Shown here in pieces: positions 58,071-64,000 of a stretch of DNA of 64,000 bases. The stretch comes from an uncultured Propionibacteriaceae bacterium (lineage in GTDB: Bacteria > Actinomycetota > Actinomycetes > Propionibacteriales > Propionibacteriaceae). Within the stretch, counting starts at the first letter, position 1. Each line of letters opens with the position of its first letter. The translations under genes and the position numbers were made by a program. The stretch covers positions 6,159-70,158 of the forward strand of contig CAYQXH010000002.1 of NCBI GenBank assembly GCA_964421325.1. Direction: 5' to 3'. Under the pieces are notes generated by a model that had not been told where the DNA came from, did not search any database, and saw nothing but the letters and a program-made list of their open reading frames with translations.

Positions 58071-58897
58071 ACCTTCGGGGTGATCCCGCTGACCGTGCTG
58101 ACGGTCCCGTCTGCTCCCGCCAGCAGCCCGGCGTGATCGGCGAGGGTGGCCAGCCACGGCAGGGCAGCTGTCCCCTTGACGAAGGCTGCGGTCGCGTACA
58201 CGTCCGCCCAGGTCAGGTTCGGTCCGATGACCGTCGCCGACAGCAGTCCGGCAGCGGGCGCCCCGGTGGCAGGGTCGACGATGTGGTTGCCGCGCGCCGC
58301 AGTACCCGAGGTGGCGACGGCTCCCGTCCGCAACCGCAGCGACCGCAGGGTCCGGGCGCGGTCACGCGGGTCCTCCACCGCCACCACCCAGTCGGGGGTG
58401 TCGGTGCGGTTGCAGGCAACGGCGATGTCTCCCCCGGCGCAGATCAGGGCGTCGTGGCGGCCGAACTGCCGCAGGTCGGCCAGCAGGGCTGTGAACGCCT
58501 CGTCCACCGACCATCCCTTGACCAGACCCGTCGGGTCGAAGCACAACCGCCCGTCCGGGCCGGGGAGCCAGGCGGCGAACGCCCCGCCGGTGCGGTGGCC
58601 GGCGAGCTCGCACAGCGCGGCGACATGCCGGATCCGGGGGTGGGCGTCGACCACCCGGTCGAGACCGGCCTTGATCCGGCTGACCGGGCTGTCGGGTCGC
58701 CAGGTGCTGAACATCGCCTCGTCGGCCCGGAGCGCCTCGAAGGCGGTCTCGACAGCCCCGGCGACCCCTGCTGTGGTCGCGAGCGGGCCCCGGACGTGAA
58801 CGCTCATCGGCAGGCCCATGATCTGGGCGACGAAGGATCGCCTCGGAACCTCCGCGTCGACGGTGCGCACCCCGACAGCGCTGAGCGAGCCGGTCAT
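58031..58897 (-). CDS. apbE: FAD:protein FMN transferase
   Basis: IMG, FSTWRPDS, DPTGLVKGW, GGD, VATSG, HIVDP, ADVYATA. Confidence 0.92.
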   Translation of the reverse strand: MTGSLSAVGVRTVDAEVPRRSFVAQIMGLPMSVHVRGPLATTAGVAGAVETAFEALRADEAMFSTWRPDSPVSRIKAGLDRVVDAHPRIRHVAALCELAGHRTGGAFAAWLPGPDGRLCFDPTGLVKGWSVDEAFTALLADLRQFGRHDALICAGGDIAVACNRTDTPDWVVAVEDPRDRARTLRSLRLRTGAVATSGTAARGNHIVDPATGAPAAGLLSATVIGPNLTWADVYATAAFVKGTAALPWLATLADHAGLLAGADGTVSTVSGITPKVQETRGSSLASTG

Positions 58898-59370
58898 GCG
58901 AGGTGGGCGGCGTCGATGGCCGACTGCAGGGACTCCAGGTAGCCCTGGCTGGTCACGGTCGCGCCGCTGACAGCGTCGATGGCCGCGCTCTGGGCCGCGA
59001 CCACCTCGGCGTTCAGGATCGGGACGGCGTAGGCGTTGATCTGCTGGTCGTGGCGGTCCTGGTTGGGGTACTGGATCGCCTCAGAAGCAGTGATCCTGCC
59101 GTCCTGCACCGTGATCTGCACCTGGACGGCGCCATAGCGGGTCTGGACGGCTTCGCCGGTGTACGTGCCGTCGCCGCCCGCCGACGTCGATGCCGACCCC
59201 GTCGGGGTGACGCCCGGTGCGGTCGTGGTCGTACCCGAGGTGGCGTCGGAGTTGCCGGCATCGGTGCCGGCCGGGGCCGTGGTCGCTTCCCCGGCCGTGC
59301 TGGTGTGGTAGCTGAACAGCATCACCAGCCCGCTGATGGTGCCCATCACGGCCAGAACAATCTTCTTCAT
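58894..59370 (-). CDS. Extracytosolic FMN-binding protein
   Basis: N-terminal anchor; YGAVQVQITV, DAVSGATVTS flavinylation motif. Confidence 0.92.
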   Translation of the reverse strand: MKKIVLAVMGTISGLVMLFSYHTSTAGEATTAPAGTDAGNSDATSGTTTTAPGVTPTGSASTSAGGDGTYTGEAVQTRYGAVQVQITVQDGRITASEAIQYPNQDRHDQQINAYAVPILNAEVVAAQSAAIDAVSGATVTSQGYLESLQSAIDAAHLA

Positions 59371-59384
59371 CTCGATCTCCTTGG

Positions 59385-60817
59385 TTACCAGCTGAAGCGT
59401 TCTTCGTGGATCCGGGCCGCCGGCACCCCGCAGTCGAGGGCAGCCCGCCTTGCCGCGTCCATCCAGGCGGTGGCACCGCAGAGGAAGACGTCGTGTTGCT
59501 CGATGTCCGGGACGAGCTGGCGCAGCGCGGCCGCATCCGTCAACCCGGCGGCCGATGCCGGCAGCCAGGACTGGCGGTCGGGCAGCCGCCGGCCGACCAG
59601 GTAGAAGACCCTGGCCCCGGTGCGGGCGGCGATCGCCTCGATCTCGGCGCGCAGGACCAGGTCGGCATGGTCGCGGACCCGGTAGAGCAGGGTGACGTCC
59701 CCCGGTCCCTGCGGCAGTTCCTCGAGCAGCGCGCGCAGCGGGCTGATCCCGATACCGCTGGCCATCAGGGTCACCTTCGCCCGGGTGCGGACGCCGGCGT
59801 GCAACCGGCCGTACGGGCCCTCGAAGACCACCCGGCTGCCCGGCTTGACCGCCGCCAGGGCATGGCTCCCGTCGCCGAGGTCCTTCACGGTGATCCGCAG
59901 GGTGTCGTCGGTGGGCGCTGCCGACAGCGAGTAGGGGTGCGCGCGGGACCAGCCCGACCGGAACGGAACCGCCAGTTGAAGAACTGCCCGGCGCCGATCG
60001 GCATCCGGGAGAGGTTCCGGCCGCGCATCCACACGCTGACCACGTCCGGGCTCTCCCTGACCACAGCGGTCACCCGTAGCTGGTGGGCAAGGGTCCGGTA
60101 GGCGGGGACGCCGATGCGCCAGACCAGGATGGCGCCGGCGGCAGCGATCCACAGCGTCCACCAGTAGGTGGCAGCCACGGGGTTGGCGAGGAACTCCTGG
60201 CCGGTCCACAGCTGGTGGGGCAGGGCGAGCCCGACACCGAGGTAGGCGTAGAGGTGCAGCAGGTGCCAGGACTCGTAGCGGAGCTTCGCCCGCGCCCTGC
60301 GGATGCTGGTGACCGTGACCAGGACCAGCAGCGCGGTGCCGGCGAGAGCGAGCAGCATGCCGGGGTAGTCGACGACCAACTCCCAGAACTGCACCAGCGG
60401 GTTCAGGTCGGCCTGCGCGGCGTACCCGAGGACGATCAGCACCAGGTGGGCGACCATCAGGTTGAACGAGGTGAACCCGACCAGGCGGTGCCGCCGGGCC
60501 AGCTCGTCCTGGCCGTAGACCCGTTCGACCATCGGGATCCGGGCCAGCAGCAGCACCTGGATGAGCAGCAGGTCAGCCGCAACCAGTCCGGTCAGCCGGC
60601 CGAGGCTGGTCAGGCCGCCGGCAAGGCCGGTCAGCGCCTGGATGCCGCCGCCGGCGACCCACAGGGCGACGACCACGAGCATGCTGGCCCAGGTCGCGAC
60701 TCCGACCGCGTCCCGCCACCAGCCCGGCGTCCGGACTGGGCTGCGCCCGGCAGGGGCGCGCTCCGGGTTGTGCTGGGGCGGGCCGACCGTCTCGCGGGCC
60801 TCGGTGATGGCTGCCAT
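59385..60817 (-). pseudogene. Ferric reductase-like TM + FAD/NAD-binding protein, split by a 1-nt frameshift near 59956
   Basis: YESWHLLHLYAY, GQFFNWRF in one frame; GWSRAHPYSLS, EGPYG, GIGISP, FLCG, ERFSW in the next. Confidence 0.85.
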
Positions 60818-60908
60818 GTCGACTCCTGATCGGCTGGGTACGAGACGAGCCTCCCGGACGCCGCTGGCAGGACCGTTGTGCCCGGCTTTGCGTTCCCTGT
60901 GAGCCCGG

Positions 60909-61757
60909 TCAGCCGGCCAGCGGGCCGTCCGCGAAGGGGTCGACCCGGTCGGCCATCGCCCGCAGGCTCGCCAGGCCCCGCCGCTCCAGCCGTCGGACGG
61001 TGCTGAGGCTGACTCCGAGACGGCTCGCGATCTCGCCCACATCGACCGGCTCCCCGGTGACCAGGCCGTAGCGCAGCCGCAGGACGCGCGCCTGCTCGCT
61101 CTCCAGCTGGTCGAGGACGCGCCGGAACTGCCTGGCGTAGATGGCGGCCAGTGGGTCCTTGGGCTCCGGGTCGGGCAGGGCCAGCGCCTCCGAGCCGACC
61201 GGCACCGGGGCAAGGTAACCCACGAGGCGGCGCGTCCAGTCGGTGGGTCGGCCGAGCTCCGCAGCCAGTTCCGCCGTCGGGACCTCGTGGCCGAGCTCCT
61301 GGCCGAGGGCTGCGGCCAGCCCGCGGACCCGCCGCAACCGCATGGCCCGGCTCGGCGGTAGCGCGAGCTCGCCGAGGCGACCGGCCCCCACCTCGGCAAG
61401 CCGCTGGCGGATCCGGATCGTGGCGAACGTGGAGAACCGTCCCCGGTCAGGGTCGTAGCGCTGCAGGGCCCCGGCCAGCGCGACGAAGCCTTCCTGGAAG
61501 AGGTCGTCGGGCGGCAGGCCGGTGCGCCGCGCCTCGCGGCCGGCCAGCTTCCCGACCAGGCGCAGGTTCGCGAGCAGGAACCGGTGCCAGGCCTGACGGC
61601 CCAACTCTGCGATCGCCTCGAGTTCCCCGATGCTGGCCGGCACCGGACGTTCGCCGGTGGCCAGCAGGTGGGCGGCGAGGACGCCGGCCTCGATCGCCAT
61701 GGCGAGGGTTCGTTCCTCCGCGGCGGAGAGCAGCGGGATGGGTTGCGGCTTGGTCAT
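60909..61757 (-). CDS. Sigma-70 family RNA polymerase sigma factor (divergent)
   Basis: PLLSAAEERTLA (region 1.2), NLRLV, DLFQEG, YDPDRGRFSTFA, VLRLRYGL, HTH in region 4. Confidence 0.9.
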   Translation of the reverse strand: MTKPQPIPLLSAAEERTLAMAIEAGVLAAHLLATGERPVPASIGELEAIAELGRQAWHRFLLANLRLVGKLAGREARRTGLPPDDLFQEGFVALAGALQRYDPDRGRFSTFATIRIRQRLAEVGAGRLGELALPPSRAMRLRRVRGLAAALGQELGHEVPTAELAAELGRPTDWTRRLVGYLAPVPVGSEALALPDPEPKDPLAAIYARQFRRVLDQLESEQARVLRLRYGLVTGEPVDVGEIASRLGVSLSTVRRLERRGLASLRAMADRVDPFADGPLAG

Positions 61758-61875
61758 TGGCCCACCCTGCAGCCGTCCGCCCCGGATGCGTCCGACGAGT
61801 TTCGTCTCCTGTGGAGCAACACCCGGACAACACGACTTCTGCCGGGACGCTCACGGGGTCAGCTGGGCGGAGGCC

Positions 61876-63738
61876 TCAGACCGCCGGGCCGGCTGCGACC
61901 GCCAGCAGCTCCCGACGCTGCTTCTCCAGGTTCACCAGGGCAGCGAACATCCGGTCGTAGGCCGGCTGGTCCTCGAGCGGGTTGGTGCGTTGCAGTCGCG
62001 ACTTGAGCTGGGCGATCTGCCGGGCCAGCGTGAGCAGGCGCACCTGGGAGCTGTACTCCCTGGAGTAGGCCTCGGTCGGGGTCCGCAGTACCGGCTCCAC
62101 TGCCAGCGAGACCACCAACTGCTCCAGCACCGGATCCGGATTGGCCTGCAGGACCCGCTGGGTCCAGATCCCCGGCCCGTCACCGGTGGCGAGCACCGAC
62201 TCGTAGAGGGCGCGGTAGGCGGGGTGGGTGAAGTCGTCAGCGCTGAGCCCGTTCCAGTCGGCCGTGAAGGTCTCCGGGGCCCGGATGAGCAGCCGCAGGG
62301 TGCCCCGCTCGGCCTCGAGCCGGCGATCGTTGGGGTCGGGTACCGGCAGGCTGGCCTTCGGCTCGGGCATCCCCGGCAGTGCCTCGTCGTGGTCGGGCTT
62401 GCGCTCGGCCGGGCGCCCGCGGCGCTGCACGGTCACCTTCACCTCCCGGCGGACCTCCTCCGGGTCCATCCCGAGCAACTGGGACAGTTCCCGCAGATAG
62501 CCGGGGACGAGGGAGTTGTCCCTGATGCTGCTGACCAGCGGGGCTGCCGCACGCAGGGCGGCCAGCCGGCCGTCCACGCGGTCGAGGTCGTAGCCGGCGA
62601 GCACGTTGCGCATCACGAAGCGGTACAGCGGCACCCGGCGCCCGACCAGTTCCCGCAGGGCGGCGTCCCCCTGCTGGATTCGCAGGTCGCACGGGTCGAG
62701 CCCGGTCGGCTCAACGGCCACATAGGTCTGGGCGAGGAAGTTCTGGTCGCCCTTGAACACCTTCAGGGCCGCAGCCTGCCCGGCCGCGTCACCGTCGAAG
62801 GTGAAGATGACCTCACCGCCGGCAACATCACCGGTGCCCAGCATCCGCTGCAGCAGCCGGGCGTGGTCGTCGCCGAAGGCCGTGCCGCAGGAGGCGACCG
62901 CGGTGTCGACCCCGGCGAGGTGGCAGGCCATCACGTCGGTGTAGCCCTCGACCACGACGGCCTGGCTCTTCCTTGCGATGCTCTGCCGGGCGAGGTCGAG
63001 CCCGTACAGCACGTTCGACTTCTTGTAGACGATGGTTTCGGGGGTGTTGAGGTACTTGGCGGGCATCCGGTCGTCCTCGAAGATCTTCCGTGCCCCGAAG
63101 CCGAGCACCGAGCGGCCGGCGTCCCGGATCGGCCACAGCACCCTGCCCTGGAAGAAGTCCCAGCCGTTCTCCCGGATCAGGCCGGCCTTCACCAGCTCGT
63201 CGTCGGTGAAGCCCTTCGCCTTCAGGTGCTGGCCGAGGTCGCGTCCTCCGGTTGGGGCGAAGCCGATCCCGAACTGCTCGGCCACCACCTTGTCGAAGCC
63301 CCTGGAGTCGAGGAACTGCCGGCCCGGCAACCCGGCGGAGCCGGCCAGCTGGCCGGCGAAGTACTCGGCAGCCTGCTGGTTGGCCTCAAGGACCCGCAGC
63401 CGCAGGCCGGGCTCCATGCGCTGGCCGCCCCCGTCGGAGTAGCGCAACTGGATCCCGACCCGGTCGGCGAGGTACTCCACCGCTTCGGCGAAGCTGACGT
63501 TGTTGATCTTCTGCACGAAGTTGATGACGTCGCCGCCCTCGCCGCAGCCGAAGCAGTGGTAGAAGCCGCGGGCCGGCGTGACGTGGAAGGACGGGGTCTT
63601 CTCGTCGTGGAAGGGGCACAGGCCGGTGAGCGAGCCGCCACCTGCGCGGCGCAGGGTCACATAGGTTCCGACGACCTCGTCGATCCGGGAGCGTTCCCGG
63701 ACGGTTGCCAGGTCCTCCTCGTTGATCAGGCCAGCCAC
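61876..63738 (-). CDS. dnaG: DNA primase
   Basis: CPFHDEKTPSF..CFGC zinc finger, KYLNTPET, VVEGYTDV, FDGDAAG TOPRIM. Confidence 0.98.
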   Translation of the reverse strand: MAGLINEEDLATVRERSRIDEVVGTYVTLRRAGGGSLTGLCPFHDEKTPSFHVTPARGFYHCFGCGEGGDVINFVQKINNVSFAEAVEYLADRVGIQLRYSDGGGQRMEPGLRLRVLEANQQAAEYFAGQLAGSAGLPGRQFLDSRGFDKVVAEQFGIGFAPTGGRDLGQHLKAKGFTDDELVKAGLIRENGWDFFQGRVLWPIRDAGRSVLGFGARKIFEDDRMPAKYLNTPETIVYKKSNVLYGLDLARQSIARKSQAVVVEGYTDVMACHLAGVDTAVASCGTAFGDDHARLLQRMLGTGDVAGGEVIFTFDGDAAGQAAALKVFKGDQNFLAQTYVAVEPTGLDPCDLRIQQGDAALRELVGRRVPLYRFVMRNVLAGYDLDRVDGRLAALRAAAPLVSSIRDNSLVPGYLRELSQLLGMDPEEVRREVKVTVQRRGRPAERKPDHDEALPGMPEPKASLPVPDPNDRRLEAERGTLRLLIRAPETFTADWNGLSADDFTHPAYRALYESVLATGDGPGIWTQRVLQANPDPVLEQLVVSLAVEPVLRTPTEAYSREYSSQVRLLTLARQIAQLKSRLQRTNPLEDQPAYDRMFAALVNLEKQRRELLAVAAGPAV

Positions 63739-63766
63739 GGCGATGAGTCTAGGCCCAGCCGGTGAC

Positions 63767-64000
63767 TCAGGCGCCGCGTCCGATGCCCCGCGGCAGCCGG
63801 TCCGGGTCCCAGCCGAGGAGTTCGCCCGCAGTCTCGAAGGCGAACCGGTCGGTCATGCCGGCGACATAGGTGACCGCGGCCCGAACCGCCGCGTCACCGG
63901 CCGGGTCGGTGGCGGCGAAGTCCGCTGGCATCGACCCGGGACGCTCGCTGTAGTACTCCACCAGGGCATGCAACACGTCGATCACCGCGCCGGCCTGGGC
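63767..64000 (-). CDS. dgt: dGTP triphosphohydrolase-like HD protein, C-terminal part (runs off window)
   Basis: YVAGMTDRFA motif; usual position upstream of dnaG. Confidence 0.75.
   Translation of the reverse strand, partial: AQAGAVIDVLHALVEYYSERPGSMPADFAATDPAGDAAVRAAVTYVAGMTDRFAFETAGELLGWDPDRLPRGIGRGA

Overview
High-GC actinobacterial chromosome segment, probably Propionibacteriales (inferred from gene content and the dgt-dnaG-sigma order). No rRNA, tRNA, CRISPR array, integrase or transposase is recognisable. The left half (~0.2-29 kb) looks like a general-stress/desiccation island. It carries two ANTAR proteins, a GPGG-motif mini-protein, zwf, a LEA-like/holin-like/DUF3618 trio, a GT4-GH130 glyco-cluster, a TreS-like amylase, a TIGR03885-type LLM and DUF6328/DUF6766 genes. 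Several of these units carry SigF/SigB-like GGTT-N15-GGGTA promoters, and four genes are damaged by deletions or frameshifts. A modABC operon sits at one deletion break. The right half holds a LuxR-hydrolase/OsmC/flavoprotein module, phosphoketolase, an OYE-type reductase, a glutamate-cysteine ligase and a large signal-less M6 metalloprotease. It also holds a MalT-like LuxR, an AbrB-coupled membrane-anchored rifampin-phosphotransferase-like kinase, transporters, a flavinylation cluster (ApbE, FMN-binding protein, frameshifted ferric reductase) and dgt-dnaG-sigma70. Non-coding highlights are a perfect 20-bp inverted repeat wrapped around a sigma70 promoter ahead of two tiny ORFs, and two GGGGAC(A/T)GTCCCC REP-like clusters. 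All family assignments come from recognising motifs by eye; no searches were run.
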